From IMG/VR virus record IMGVR_UViG_3300028888_000001: a stretch of 64,000 nt of DNA; one strand, written 5' to 3'. The position numbers and the translations under genes are program-made. The DNA comes from a virus (Duplodnaviria > Caudoviricetes). Below, one piece after another: positions 1-11,043 of this stretch. Each line of letters opens with the position of its first letter. The stretch's first letter is position 1. The notes beneath the pieces are model-generated. The model did no database searches. It saw nothing but the letters and a program-made list of their open reading frames with translations, and was not told where the DNA came from.

Positions 1-463
1 CCATTCTGTTTGGTTTTTGAGAGATAAATTTATGCATTTGCTCATTGCGTTTTAAGCCTGCTGTAGAGCCATATATAGTCCACGCTGCTGGAAAACCTTT
101 AAGATTGTAGCCTCTATCAGCAGCATAGTTTTTAGCTATAGTATCTACACCAGCTTCTTCACCCTCAACAATGACAATCTTCTTATATTGCTCTTTAATC
201 TCTTTAAGCTCTTCATCTAGTAAGCTATAGATTATATCTATGCGCTCTTGATCTAGAATTGTTTTACTTCCAGCAACGAGCAGATAGAAATATTCATTGT
301 CTTCAAGAGCTTCTAATTTCTTAGCCTCAATCTCTTCCATAGAAAGTATAGCTTTCTTAGGAGCTAATTCTGGAGGGCCGTTATATAATTCAGGATCGTT
401 AAGTACTTCTTCAGGCATTTCTTGCTCTGGCTCTTGTACCGATGTAATATTTTCTTCGTTCAT
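1..463 (-). CDS. SLOG/DUF2493 (YspA-like) protein, partial (runs off window start)
   Basis: Not in the ORF track. ATG at 463 with AGGAGG upstream; manual translation gives LLVAGSK...IVIVEGEEAGVDTIAKNYA...FPAAWTIYGSTAGLKRNEQM, the DUF2493 pattern. Confidence 0.7.
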   Translation of the reverse strand, partial: MNEENITSVQEPEQEMPEEVLNDPELYNGPPELAPKKAILSMEEIEAKKLEALEDNEYFYLLVAGSKTILDQERIDIIYSLLDEELKEIKEQYKKIVIVEGEEAGVDTIAKNYAADRGYNLKGFPAAWTIYGSTAGLKRNEQMHKFISQKPNRM

Positions 464-947
464 TTTTATATTTGCCTCCTTTAATTATATTAGATTCTTC
501 AATATTATGATCTAAGAATGCTTTATATTCTTCGTATGTAATTTCATTATTACAAAAGTCTAAATACGTAGCCTCATGAGCTATAGTAATACTATCCCAT
601 ATATCCGGGCTCAATAAGTTAGCTTTGATTAATTCATTAAATATATGTACTAGCTTACGGCTATTCTTAAAAGCATCTGGATATATGATAGCCTCATAGT
701 ACCATATTGAGCAAATCTTATATTTCTCTATAAGAAAGTGTACTGGAGAAATATATGTCGGTATGCTATTAGAAAGCTCTGAAAATGAAATACCTTTTAG
801 ATCACATACATAGTCAGCTATAGCACGTTCATGCGACGGCACAGCCTCAATTATGGTTTTATTTGGCAGTATAATGGATTCATTATAACCTATCCAGCTT
901 TTATCACCACCAGCGCCATGAAGTTTGATGAATTCTTGTATTTTCAT
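411..947 (-). CDS. hypothetical protein
   Basis: 178 aa ORF, AAGGAG RBS. Confidence 0.75.
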   Translation of the reverse strand: MKIQEFIKLHGAGGDKSWIGYNESIILPNKTIIEAVPSHERAIADYVCDLKGISFSELSNSIPTYISPVHFLIEKYKICSIWYYEAIIYPDAFKNSRKLVHIFNELIKANLLSPDIWDSITIAHEATYLDFCNNEITYEEYKAFLDHNIEESNIIKGGKYKNERRKYYIGTRARARNA

Positions 948-1010
948 TTTGTCTCCTTTAGAATAGTTATCGTTTTATAGATGCAATTATATTATATATA
1001 ATCATTAAAT

Positions 1011-1042
1011 AAATTGCTAGAGGGATATCCCTCTAGCAATTT
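1011..1042. terminator. perfect 32-bp palindrome, probable terminator
   Basis: AAATTGCTAGAGGGAT/ATCCCTCTAGCAATTT just after the stop of 1052..6562(-). Confidence 0.75.
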
Positions 1043-1051
1043 AAATTATAG

Positions 1052-4000
1052 TTAGATTAAATAGATGCCTTGATCAAGAAGCTCTTTGATCTTCTTATCA
1101 CTAAGGCCATTATTAGAACTAGTTACATTATCTATAAGCTCAACGCCGATATCCTTCTCTGCGTTATTTATAGCTTCATTAATAATATCTGTTCTATTTA
1201 CATTATTATTGGTTTCAGCCATATTATCATCTTCCCCTTCAGAAGTAGTTGTTTTAGGCATTGGTATATTAAGACTTAGAGATTTTCTCTTTGGAATAAT
1301 AGCGCTAGAAATAGCATTATTTTCAGTATAGTTAATAACACTAGTTGAAGTTTTATTATCTACATTGAAATTGACCTTGGAGAGATCTCCGATTTTAATA
1401 TGGATATCAAATCCATAAGTCTCGAATAGTCTAGTGAAGAATCCGTTGGTTTTCCACATAACAAATGTAGTCGTATATCCATATTCATTTTTATATGGAA
1501 ATTCTCCCATGAATTCCATATGCATTTCTTTAATCTCTTTAAGGAGTTTAGTTTCTTTTATAAAATGGCCATTAGTATACACAGGAGTTGTCTTATCATC
1601 TCTACAATTACTTAGAATTTCTTCAGATTGTAGATCTGGGAATGAAAATTCTGCATATAACGGCACATGATTCTCATATAATAATTCTTTGGCGCACGCA
1701 AATACGAAATATTTATTATTTCCAATAATATAATCATTGAGTTGTATGTCTGCGGTTCTGATTAGATGCTTATCAAGATGATGCATAAGCTGGTGTAGAT
1801 CAGATTGATCATAATATTCACGTATGCGATTCATCTCACGTTTAAGCATTGTATCATCAACCACATGCCATGTATCAAATGGTTCTTTACTATATAACTC
1901 AGGATTATCTATAGTATGATTGACTAGCTGATAGGTCAAAGATCTCCATTTAGTTTTATCTTCTTCATTTTCAGCATCATCCAATACTGCAATGAAATTA
2001 TCACTATATACGTTTACAATATTTATATTGGTAGAATCTATAGCTCTATGATAGATTATTTGGCCAAATATATCATGGAAAATACGTCCTGAAGAAGTAT
2101 CCCCTTCAAATTTAGGAATTGTAACAGCAAAGATTTCTTCTCCATTATATACATCTATATATGGTAGATAATCTATAATTTTACGACCTTGGGAGTCGTA
2201 TAATTCCTCAGCATCTAGAGTTAAATATTGTCGTACTAAAGTTTGTGGATCTATCAATACAATATCATAGATAACTTTACCGGTATCATCTACTCTAGCG
2301 TGTACGCTCTCTATATAATTGCCAAGACGATGAATATTTGCTATATCTAATGGACTTCCAGATATAACATTACTTTCGTCATACCATATATTTCTAATGA
2401 TATTGTTTTGATCTATAATCTGAGCTTGATATGTAATCTCTCCAGATTCTTTATATTGATCTATAGAGCTTTTTATAGTATACCCATCTTTAGGTACTAT
2501 GGCAACTATCTCGTTAAGATAAACAAGATTATGCTTTATATTGTAATATTGTAAACTATCTTCGTCTATGGTGCCCCAGTATACACCATTAACGAAATCA
2601 AGCTTAGTGTCTTCTACAAGAATTCTAAATCCTGTATCAGCAACAAATCTAAAGTTTCTAGGCTCTTCTATAGTTTCTATCCATTCATATTCTCTATCTT
2701 CAAGAGGTATCTCAACTCCGTTAATAGATTGTGATATAAGATCTAATTCTTGATTTATACGCTGAGAATAATCCCAATAGAATTTAAACGATTCTGCTAC
2801 AGAGCCCTTTTCAAATAAAAGATTTCTAGGTTCAGTATAAAAATATAATAATGACGTAATATTCTTTTCTATATTTATAACTGGGGTGGCATCCAAAGCT
2901 GGAAGAATAAGAGTTCCAGTGTCTTTATCTTCTTCGTATAACTCATCTGTCTCATAATCATATATGAAAGTCTGATCTTGATAGTTGTAGCCAGAAGTAA
3001 CCCAGAAATCTCTAACTATTTCATTTAATATAGCAATATGAGCTACATTAGCCCATACTTTATCTTCTTCTGTGTCTGTCATTTTGGCATAATAACCAAA
3101 TACATTATCTAATTCTTCATACCCAATTGCAGAGTGGGTTCTAATAAAATTAACTAAAGAATCATATTTAGATATTTTATTCTCGTCCCTAAGATTATCA
3201 GAAACCTGTTTTATGTTTCCTACATTTATTGGTGTTACAGCTGGGTATTTTAATGTATTTATGTCTGTAGTAAATCTGACAGTATGTGAATCTATGTCAG
3301 CTATATCATTGTAAGGAATCTTCTTTCCGTTTACAAAGAATAAATATAAGTCTTTAGAAAGTGGAACATCTAGATCTGTTTTAAGATAATCTAAATAACC
3401 ACTAGGTTTAACTTCACATCTAGGTTTATTATCTATATTAATATCCGTCATTTCATATGGCACATAGAATAGCTCTACCCTATCATTAGCATCAACAAAC
3501 CGTGCTGTATATAAGTATAAACCATAGAACGGTCTAGTGTGTTTAGGAATAGTAACAAGATAAGAGTCTTGTTTCATCCTACGACCATTGATAAATAGAA
3601 TGTATTGTCTTTGATTATCGCAATATCTAAATCTCTTGTCTAGAGCTATACGATAAGATTTTTTATCTACATAAAGCCGTTGATATACAAACTTATATTT
3701 AGACGTTGCTACAAAAGTATTCTCAAGCTGTTCTGTTGTATAGATTGCAGATAAATCTTCTCCAGTGAGCACATCTATTACATTAATATCATCTGTGGTT
3801 AACGTTATAGGCATATCAGTTCCACCTATTTGAATATCATGATATGTAGTGGAGTAATCTGACATATCTAGAGCATTTAATGGTTCATATCCATCTGTGA
3901 TGTGATAGATAGCACTATTCTTGATAGCTAACGTATTATCTGTTTCATGACTAGAAATATTAAATGCTATATTTTCAGATGCTTCAGGAATTAAAGTTGG

Positions 4001-6562
4001 ATATTGAATTAAATATTTAGGATAATGACAGAATATTTGTAACTCTTCTGGTCTTATGAAATTACTAAAAATATCTATATTGTAATAATTAGAATTCTCC
4101 TTGGATTGTGATAATAATGTATTATAAATCCATTCGGTAAATGAGAATCTAATCTCATTATTATTTACATTCTTAAAGTATAATACTTCTATTCTGTCTG
4201 ATTCTTTGAAAGAAAAATCATCATCTACAGGAATAAAGAAAAAGTTTGCATATGCTATAGTCTTATAGTAATTCTCAAATAACTCGCCATTTAAGAATAC
4301 CATCATGTATGTCTCATGGTTTTTATATTTCTTCCTAGGAATTTTTAAACCACGTTTAGACTGATACATGAACGTATAGACTAAGTTATCATTCGCTTGA
4401 GAACCAGTAAATTCTCTTGAATCTATGTATGTGGTATACGCACCATTTAAAAGCGATGGATTGTAATCTAATATAACATCTATAGCTTTCTTATTTGACT
4501 CCTCTATAGTAAGCTTTTTGTCTATAGTAAAATCAAATGGATCTAATGCTTTATGTACAAAATTGACTAGATCTGTATTTTGATCATTTAAATATACAAT
4601 ATAATCTGTTAATTTCGGAACAAATGCAAATTCTTTATCTAAGAAATAAGCATCTATATTTTTATATGCTAAGTTATCTGTCGTTATAGCATCTAGTGCA
4701 GTCTCAGTTTCATAATTATGATAGTATAAAACTTCAAGATATTTCTTAGCCTTATCATTCATATAAGACTTTAAGAAATTATCAGTATTACGAATAACAT
4801 GAGCAGAGTGCTTATCATACACTCCGATAATAGACATTTTATGTTTATCAGGATTATCCATCATAATAATATTATTTATTGAAGTCATTATCTTGGCTTC
4901 AGATTTGAAATATCCGTTATCAAATACAAGATAATTTTCTCTAAATAATACATTGTTAATATCTGACAGGTCACAATAGATCAAATCATCCGATGAATCA
5001 TGTATATGAACTTGAGTAGACTCATTGGTTATATAAACAGAATATTCTCCATTTTCTGTATCGTATAACCCGTCATTTGTAAAGCTTAGTTTTGTAAATT
5101 TATTATAGTGCTCAAGCTCCATATAATTTAAATAAGCGTATAAATCTTCAGATGTATAACTATCTCTATCTAAAGCATTAAACCTAGTTTGCTTTGTACT
5201 TAAAATAGATCCACCAGAATCACGCAAATATTTAAATACTGGTATATATCTTAGTTTCTTTATACGATCTTCAGAGAGTAGTCCTAAATGATATCTTTTT
5301 ATTTGATAATACATCCAACCACCAACGTTTACAGGATACTGATTATACTTATATACAGTCTCCATCGTTGGTATATTTAAATACAATTCGTTATTTGAAT
5401 CTATGTAACAATTATCTTGAAGATAATTTGTTAATGCTTCATAGTTAGCGTTAAATGAATAATCTGTTTCTTCTCCAATATACTCACACTTAAATGGCAT
5501 GATGACAATATTAATCTCTTTATCGATTATATATTCTTTAGCGTACTTTTCACCATGGAGTACTATCCAAGATTCATCTGAATCATACACTATATCTATA
5601 TCATCCCATTTAACAAATTTATGGTCAACGAATACCATCAATGGTTTCATTAAGCCTTGATAAACTAGCCTATCAAGTCTACCATAAAAACATTTTTTAT
5701 TTATTCTATTGCTAAAAGAGTTATATGGTAAATTATCAACCTGAAGAATTCCAATTGCAGAGTCAGGATCATTTACACTGTATCTATGAGCATAATACTT
5801 TCCATCATATCTAAATTTATCTACAACGTTAATATTTGCTCTTCTATTAATTTGAAGCTTTAAAGACGTATCAGATTCTAGAAATTGAATATTAAACTTA
5901 GCTTCGTCAATACGACGTAAGAACTTAATGTAATTAAGATTAAGAACGTCATAGATTATTCTATCGTCATCTGTAATTGCATTAAGCCCCTCACCAAATT
6001 CTATATTAAATTTTGTGTGGGTCATAAGTTCATTGAATTTGACATTTTCTAGATTAAAGATATTATAGAAAACACGGCCATCTTCAGCAATAGCGTCTAT
6101 CTGGTCTTCTCCAATCTCAACGTCAAATCCCTCATGCTCAATTCCTTCATGTGTGAACTTGTAATATTTGAGATTACCAAATACGTCTCTTATTATAGTT
6201 CCATCTTCAAGAATAGCAAATACTTCTCCATCACCGATTATATCAGCATAGCGTGTCTTAATTTGGTCTTTCTTAGACATATAATACACTTTAGCGTCGA
6301 TAACGTCATTGTTTTTATATGTCGATGCTATATCTTCATTAATATAAATGGCTTTAATATTTTTAAAAACTTTTTTACCATCTAAAGTTATAGCATCTAT
6401 ACCATCTCGCTCGTCATACGTAGATAAATAGACTTGATTTATAGTATTAGTAATCACATATGGTACATGCCATTTCTGTGATTTTCTCAAACTAGATGCA
6501 GTATATGTATGCAACTGACTTAGATATCTAGCAATTGATTCGTTGCTCACATATTCAGCCAA
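1052..6562 (-). CDS. large putative virion structural protein
   Basis: 1836 aa; recurring VFxNG/FING and DAIxxDG motifs; in an operon behind a late-type promoter; function inferred. Confidence 0.55.
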   Translation of the reverse strand: MAEYVSNESIARYLSQLHTYTASSLRKSQKWHVPYVITNTINQVYLSTYDERDGIDAITLDGKKVFKNIKAIYINEDIASTYKNNDVIDAKVYYMSKKDQIKTRYADIIGDGEVFAILEDGTIIRDVFGNLKYYKFTHEGIEHEGFDVEIGEDQIDAIAEDGRVFYNIFNLENVKFNELMTHTKFNIEFGEGLNAITDDDRIIYDVLNLNYIKFLRRIDEAKFNIQFLESDTSLKLQINRRANINVVDKFRYDGKYYAHRYSVNDPDSAIGILQVDNLPYNSFSNRINKKCFYGRLDRLVYQGLMKPLMVFVDHKFVKWDDIDIVYDSDESWIVLHGEKYAKEYIIDKEINIVIMPFKCEYIGEETDYSFNANYEALTNYLQDNCYIDSNNELYLNIPTMETVYKYNQYPVNVGGWMYYQIKRYHLGLLSEDRIKKLRYIPVFKYLRDSGGSILSTKQTRFNALDRDSYTSEDLYAYLNYMELEHYNKFTKLSFTNDGLYDTENGEYSVYITNESTQVHIHDSSDDLIYCDLSDINNVLFRENYLVFDNGYFKSEAKIMTSINNIIMMDNPDKHKMSIIGVYDKHSAHVIRNTDNFLKSYMNDKAKKYLEVLYYHNYETETALDAITTDNLAYKNIDAYFLDKEFAFVPKLTDYIVYLNDQNTDLVNFVHKALDPFDFTIDKKLTIEESNKKAIDVILDYNPSLLNGAYTTYIDSREFTGSQANDNLVYTFMYQSKRGLKIPRKKYKNHETYMMVFLNGELFENYYKTIAYANFFFIPVDDDFSFKESDRIEVLYFKNVNNNEIRFSFTEWIYNTLLSQSKENSNYYNIDIFSNFIRPEELQIFCHYPKYLIQYPTLIPEASENIAFNISSHETDNTLAIKNSAIYHITDGYEPLNALDMSDYSTTYHDIQIGGTDMPITLTTDDINVIDVLTGEDLSAIYTTEQLENTFVATSKYKFVYQRLYVDKKSYRIALDKRFRYCDNQRQYILFINGRRMKQDSYLVTIPKHTRPFYGLYLYTARFVDANDRVELFYVPYEMTDINIDNKPRCEVKPSGYLDYLKTDLDVPLSKDLYLFFVNGKKIPYNDIADIDSHTVRFTTDINTLKYPAVTPINVGNIKQVSDNLRDENKISKYDSLVNFIRTHSAIGYEELDNVFGYYAKMTDTEEDKVWANVAHIAILNEIVRDFWVTSGYNYQDQTFIYDYETDELYEEDKDTGTLILPALDATPVINIEKNITSLLYFYTEPRNLLFEKGSVAESFKFYWDYSQRINQELDLISQSINGVEIPLEDREYEWIETIEEPRNFRFVADTGFRILVEDTKLDFVNGVYWGTIDEDSLQYYNIKHNLVYLNEIVAIVPKDGYTIKSSIDQYKESGEITYQAQIIDQNNIIRNIWYDESNVISGSPLDIANIHRLGNYIESVHARVDDTGKVIYDIVLIDPQTLVRQYLTLDAEELYDSQGRKIIDYLPYIDVYNGEEIFAVTIPKFEGDTSSGRIFHDIFGQIIYHRAIDSTNINIVNVYSDNFIAVLDDAENEEDKTKWRSLTYQLVNHTIDNPELYSKEPFDTWHVVDDTMLKREMNRIREYYDQSDLHQLMHHLDKHLIRTADIQLNDYIIGNNKYFVFACAKELLYENHVPLYAEFSFPDLQSEEILSNCRDDKTTPVYTNGHFIKETKLLKEIKEMHMEFMGEFPYKNEYGYTTTFVMWKTNGFFTRLFETYGFDIHIKIGDLSKVNFNVDNKTSTSVINYTENNAISSAIIPKRKSLSLNIPMPKTTTSEGEDDNMAETNNNVNRTDIINEAINNAEKDIGVELIDNVTSSNNGLSDKKIKELLDQGIYLI

Positions 6563-6564
6563 TT

Positions 6565-7509
6565 TTATACAACCTCCTCTGCAATCTCAAGAATACTCTT
6601 ACAGAATTTCGATAAGCTTCTAGCACAGATCTTCTCTATAGTAATCTGGTTATCAATATATCCACCGATATAAGTATTAGTCATAACCATAGCAAATGCT
6701 GGGAAGTATTCCAATGCGAATATGGTTCCGGTACCAAATGACTTAATCCAAGTGCTTACTACAGCATCAATTTTAATATCCTTGAGATTAAACATGCGGC
6801 CAAGAGCTTTAATAAACGTATCGATATCCTGAAAATCTTCTTGCTTAAGCATAATATCTACAATCTTAGATTCAGAATCTTCTATATCAACTATACGCAT
6901 TGCATAGTTTTTAATAGTTTTAAATTGAGACTCAGTATAGCTGTCTTTGCAAAGAAGATTTATTTGATAATACAATGCACAAGCATAATCAATTCTCTTC
7001 TTAATTTGCTGAACTGATGTTATCTTATAAATCCTATCAATGGCATAAGAAAGCATAGATACAAAACAACTACCGCCGTCTAGTATGATAGACGAATCCA
7101 TCGTTAGTTTAGCTTCCCTAAGTTTAAATACAAAGTTCGTTATACCAGCAATGGTATAACTAATCAACCAATTTAATTCTTGACATTGATAAGCTCCCTT
7201 ATCGTATTTTATATAATCAGTGGCATCTATAAAAACTTTATATTTTTTATCAGTTTTTACATCTTGTGCTACGAATACTCTAAACGCTTTAGGAAGCGAT
7301 CTATCTCCAATACCAATAACCACATTATCTGATGTGATTACTTTAGCGAGTTTATCAGAAATTTTACGTCTTTTAACATCAAAAAGTATATCATCAAATT
7401 CAGATGACTTAGTATCTATACGATTAGCAGCCATGATAAACTTATACATGTCACGCCCATAATCTATAGACTTTTTATAAAGAAAGCTATCAGCATAGGT
7501 TTTTGCCAT
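6565..7509 (-). CDS. hypothetical protein (probably virion)
   Basis: 314 aa, AGGAGG RBS, late-type promoter motif upstream. Confidence 0.7.
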   Translation of the reverse strand: MAKTYADSFLYKKSIDYGRDMYKFIMAANRIDTKSSEFDDILFDVKRRKISDKLAKVITSDNVVIGIGDRSLPKAFRVFVAQDVKTDKKYKVFIDATDYIKYDKGAYQCQELNWLISYTIAGITNFVFKLREAKLTMDSSIILDGGSCFVSMLSYAIDRIYKITSVQQIKKRIDYACALYYQINLLCKDSYTESQFKTIKNYAMRIVDIEDSESKIVDIMLKQEDFQDIDTFIKALGRMFNLKDIKIDAVVSTWIKSFGTGTIFALEYFPAFAMVMTNTYIGGYIDNQITIEKICARSLSKFCKSILEIAEEVV

Positions 7510-7537
7510 TGTATTTTTACCTCCTAAGCTCTTATAA

Positions 7538-7551
7538 ATTATTCAAATGTT
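7538..7551 (-). promoter_or_regulatory. late-type promoter AACA-N6-TA
   Basis: AACAtttgaaTAAT on the minus strand; matches the AR9 non-virion RNAP promoter consensus. Confidence 0.55.
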
Positions 7552-7630
7552 TCAGGGGTCTATTAATTATTAGATTTATAATAAATCGTTTACATCTAAA
7601 ATAATAATATATAAAAGGAGAAATCAAGAC

Positions 7631-8236
7631 ATGGAAGAGCAGAAAAAAGAAAATATTCTAGAAGATATTTTTGAGCCGGTAAAGAATGATCCAAACTATG
7701 ATGAGTTTATGAAAAACTTTAGACTCAATGCACCAGTGAAAAAAATCAATTTAGATGTAAATCAGCCTAATACTATCGTAGGGCTTTGGTTACTAGCAGA
7801 TGAAAACTCTTTAAAAATTCTTAAAGAGAAAGCTGATATGAAAGACATAAATGATGATACAATCATAGCATTTACAAATCAGCATATCTTGGAGCTGTCT
7901 AATATTATATATGGAATGAGCTTGCTATTCGTTGAAAATAATATTTTACCAGCTGAAGATCTCATGAGATTTATATGTGGTTATCTTAATCTATTTAATA
8001 AAATTTCATCATACTCTATTTATAAAGAGTCTATAAAGCTTACAGATTATACAGAAAGAGAAAGAAATATTTTCTTTGCTGGGGCTAAACCCGGTAGCAG
8101 AACAGCAATAAATAAATTTTTAGAAATATTAAAGTATATAATATTTGTTCCTTACAATGAAATTGATGCTATAGGAAAAATGGCTATAGAGGAGTTTAAA
8201 AATTCACAAAAGGGTAATAACGAAAATGAAGGATGA
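7631..8236 (+). CDS. hypothetical protein
   Basis: 201 aa, AAGGAG RBS. Confidence 0.75.
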   Translation: MEEQKKENILEDIFEPVKNDPNYDEFMKNFRLNAPVKKINLDVNQPNTIVGLWLLADENSLKILKEKADMKDINDDTIIAFTNQHILELSNIIYGMSLLFVENNILPAEDLMRFICGYLNLFNKISSYSIYKESIKLTDYTERERNIFFAGAKPGSRTAINKFLEILKYIIFVPYNEIDAIGKMAIEEFKNSQKGNNENEG

Positions 8237-8945
8237 GTTAATAGTTCTACTAGATGATGTTTTTAAAATAGATGATAGCATAAATTCAGATTACTTTTAT
8301 AATGGTATAAGAGTACCAAGAGTAACGAAAATAATTTCAAGATGCATCCATAATGATAAATTGATGTATTGGGCTAATAATCTTGGCTTTAAACATCAAT
8401 CTTATAATAAAGTATTATCACAAGCAGCAAATATCGGTACTGAATGCCATACATCTATAGACGCATTTTTAGATACTAACACCGACGTATCCCCAACTTT
8501 AGAAGAAAGCAAAAATGCTTACTGGTCATTTAGAAAATGGTTTGATGATATTTCTAGATTTTCTCAAGTACAAATAATATTCCATGAAAAAACTATAGTG
8601 TGTAAATATTTCGGTGGAACTTTAGATGGGTTATATAATATTGGAGGTAAGATATATTTAATAGATTACAAAACCAGTAATCATATAACGTTTAACTATT
8701 GTCTTCAATTAGCGGCATATATCTATATGCTAAGAACTGAGTGTAATATTTACCCTGACGGATGCGTTATATTACAGTTATCAAAAAACGACATAGGATA
8801 CAATGAATATAGTCTAGATTTGCATAATCCATCAGATAAGCAATTTATGGATAATTGTGAAACTACATTCTTATCAATGGTTTACTATTTTTACAATTTA
8901 TGTAATATAGAAAACCAGTTTAATGCATTAAACTGGAGGTCATAA
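8226..8945 (+). CDS. PD-(D/E)XK family exonuclease
   Basis: GT.xH, GTLDGL...LIDYKTS and QLAAY motifs. Confidence 0.85.
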   Translation: MKDELIVLLDDVFKIDDSINSDYFYNGIRVPRVTKIISRCIHNDKLMYWANNLGFKHQSYNKVLSQAANIGTECHTSIDAFLDTNTDVSPTLEESKNAYWSFRKWFDDISRFSQVQIIFHEKTIVCKYFGGTLDGLYNIGGKIYLIDYKTSNHITFNYCLQLAAYIYMLRTECNIYPDGCVILQLSKNDIGYNEYSLDLHNPSDKQFMDNCETTFLSMVYYFYNLCNIENQFNALNWRS

Positions 8946-9463
8946 TGGAGCCTGTAAATATAATCCATAGTCTATGTATTAAGATAGGCGACTATCAAAA
9001 TTTATATACCGGTAATTTCATCGGCAAATTTATATTAAAAAGAAAAATAAATAGGCTTATTAAAGAATTTCTTTCTAATGATATTTTTAGACAATCATCA
9101 GCTTTAGCTGGTGTATTGATAAGCTTGAACAGTAGTAATTCAAATATTTTACAAGAACGGTTAGATGGTAAAATTAGAATTTCTAAAGTATCTATAGAAA
9201 TGAAAGTAAATGATGCTTTTGTAAGCTATATACCAAAAGAAGAATTATTTGAAGTGGATACCGCATATAATAGCGTAGGCGGAATAAAATTTAATTATAA
9301 TAGATTTGGTTCTGGGTCTTCTAAAATAGATTCTATATGGCAATCTATGGTATTTGATATAGAAAGCACGTATTTAAATACGATATATATTATAGCAGAC
9401 GTTCTTAATAACCCAGCGATAAAAAATGTACAAGATGATGGCATTGATCCATTCGTTAATTAA
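8945..9463 (+). CDS. hypothetical protein
   Basis: 172 aa, coupled to the upstream stop, GGAGG RBS. Confidence 0.7.
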   Translation: MEPVNIIHSLCIKIGDYQNLYTGNFIGKFILKRKINRLIKEFLSNDIFRQSSALAGVLISLNSSNSNILQERLDGKIRISKVSIEMKVNDAFVSYIPKEELFEVDTAYNSVGGIKFNYNRFGSGSSKIDSIWQSMVFDIESTYLNTIYIIADVLNNPAIKNVQDDGIDPFVN

Positions 9464-9473
9464 AAACACGAGA

Positions 9474-9505
9474 TATACCGGATGAGGAGAACCTCATCCG
9501 GTATA
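9474..9505 (+). terminator. hairpin terminator
   Basis: TATACCGGATGAGG-agaa-CCTCATCCGGTATA. Confidence 0.7.
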
Positions 9506-9646
9506 CGCGCACTTATATACTTAAAGGAGAAACAAAATGAATAAAAAACAGGATGCGAAGAATATAGTTATCGTTAAAGGCCCTGCAGCATAAGCCTTTA
9601 CTTATAATGTTGATATAATTTATTTCACTTTGGGAGGCTTTAAAAT

Positions 9647-10000
9647 ATGCCAGATGAAGCCCATGATCGCAAGCAATTACATATATTTATAGATAATCCA
9701 AATAAATACGTAGCATTTTTACCTAACAACGGAAAGATTAATATATTATGCACTTATGATGCATTTGCTGATTGTATTACTAATAACGTTAAAATAATCT
9801 ATACTACACAGCTGGCAGCGTTATCACATATATTTATCCGTATAGGATATGATATAACTCTTTATGATAATGATTTTGTAATAAACTTTGGAGAAGATTA
9901 TTTAAATTCAATAAAAATTGGAGCGCCATCAGAATTTCATAATTTTTATTATATGCAAGATATGTATAGGATAGGTGAATTATATCAAATTGATGAATAG
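9647..10000 (+). CDS. hypothetical protein
   Basis: 117 aa, GGGAGG RBS. Confidence 0.7.
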   Translation: MPDEAHDRKQLHIFIDNPNKYVAFLPNNGKINILCTYDAFADCITNNVKIIYTTQLAALSHIFIRIGYDITLYDNDFVINFGEDYLNSIKIGAPSEFHNFYYMQDMYRIGELYQIDE

Positions 10001-10039
10001 TTGTATATTATAACATTGGCTTACGAAAGGACGATTAAA

Positions 10040-10831
10040 ATGACGAAAGTAGAAAACGGTTATTTTATTATCATTGAAGGTTGTGATGGTAGTGGAAAAA
10101 CTACAGCAGCAAAAGCATTAGTTGAAAGGCTAAACAATAATGGCTACGATGCTATTTATGTTAGGGAGCCTGGAGGAATTCCAGAAGCTGAAAAAATAAG
10201 AGAGGTGGTTTTAAATAGCACACTAGACGCTAGACAATATACGTTATTATTTATGGCGTCTATGAGCTTAAATATACAGAGAATAGTTAAACCAGCGATT
10301 GCTAATAAAAAGATAGTTATTTGTGATAGGTTCATACGTAGTACATATATTTATCAGGATTTTTGTAATTATGATCCAGAAGATGAACACGATGAAGATT
10401 TCTGTGATCTTCATAAAGTATTTAAAGATCTTGTTGAATTTGCTACATTTGGCACAATGCCAGATCTAGAATTTGTTCTAGACACCAGTGCTGAAGTTGC
10501 ATGGGATAGAATACAAGCAAGAAATAAAAACACAGATGTTTTTGAAATGCTAGGATACAATCATCATAGAGATATATGTGAAAAATATATGTCTATTAAA
10601 GATAGTAATATTTACCCGTCAAATTATATCACAGACGTTGAGCATGTGCTCACGGATTATCTGAATATAGAAGCTGTATCAGAATTATTATACAAAAAGC
10701 TAGTACATTACTTAGATATCTATGAGGGTAATACTAGTGATATAGAAGCGGAACAATTTTATGATAAAAAATATAAAGTACCAGATTTAAAAATTATGAC
10801 AGATGATATTCAAAAGGAGAAAAATATTTAG
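10040..10831 (+). CDS. tmk: thymidylate (dTMP) kinase
   Basis: IEGCDGSGKTT P-loop, REPGG, DRF; start moved to ATG 10040 after AAAGGA. Confidence 0.9.
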   Translation: MTKVENGYFIIIEGCDGSGKTTAAKALVERLNNNGYDAIYVREPGGIPEAEKIREVVLNSTLDARQYTLLFMASMSLNIQRIVKPAIANKKIVICDRFIRSTYIYQDFCNYDPEDEHDEDFCDLHKVFKDLVEFATFGTMPDLEFVLDTSAEVAWDRIQARNKNTDVFEMLGYNHHRDICEKYMSIKDSNIYPSNYITDVEHVLTDYLNIEAVSELLYKKLVHYLDIYEGNTSDIEAEQFYDKKYKVPDLKIMTDDIQKEKNI

Positions 10832-10833
10832 CC

Positions 10834-11043
10834 ATGAAAGTGACAGATTTTATATTAGTAGCGGTTAAAATACTACTCTTTTTCGTTAGTATGTCATCTA
10901 TTGCTTCATCATTAATCTTCTTACATTTATTAGTTAAAGATAGTGAGGAGTTAGGTAAAGAATGCAAACTCTATATAAAATTATCAGCATTTCTGATATT
11001 CATTTTGGGGCTACTGATGCTCTTTATATGTATAACAATTTAA
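10834..11043 (+). CDS. small two-TM membrane protein
   Basis: 69 aa, two hydrophobic segments; overlaps the next gene. Confidence 0.45.
   Translation: MKVTDFILVAVKILLFFVSMSSIASSLIFLHLLVKDSEELGKECKLYIKLSAFLIFILGLLMLFICITI

Noticed and set aside
8226-8945. Cas4 / CRISPR adaptation gene
   Set aside because: It lacks the Cas4 four-Cys cluster arrangement and no repeat-spacer array was seen in the window.
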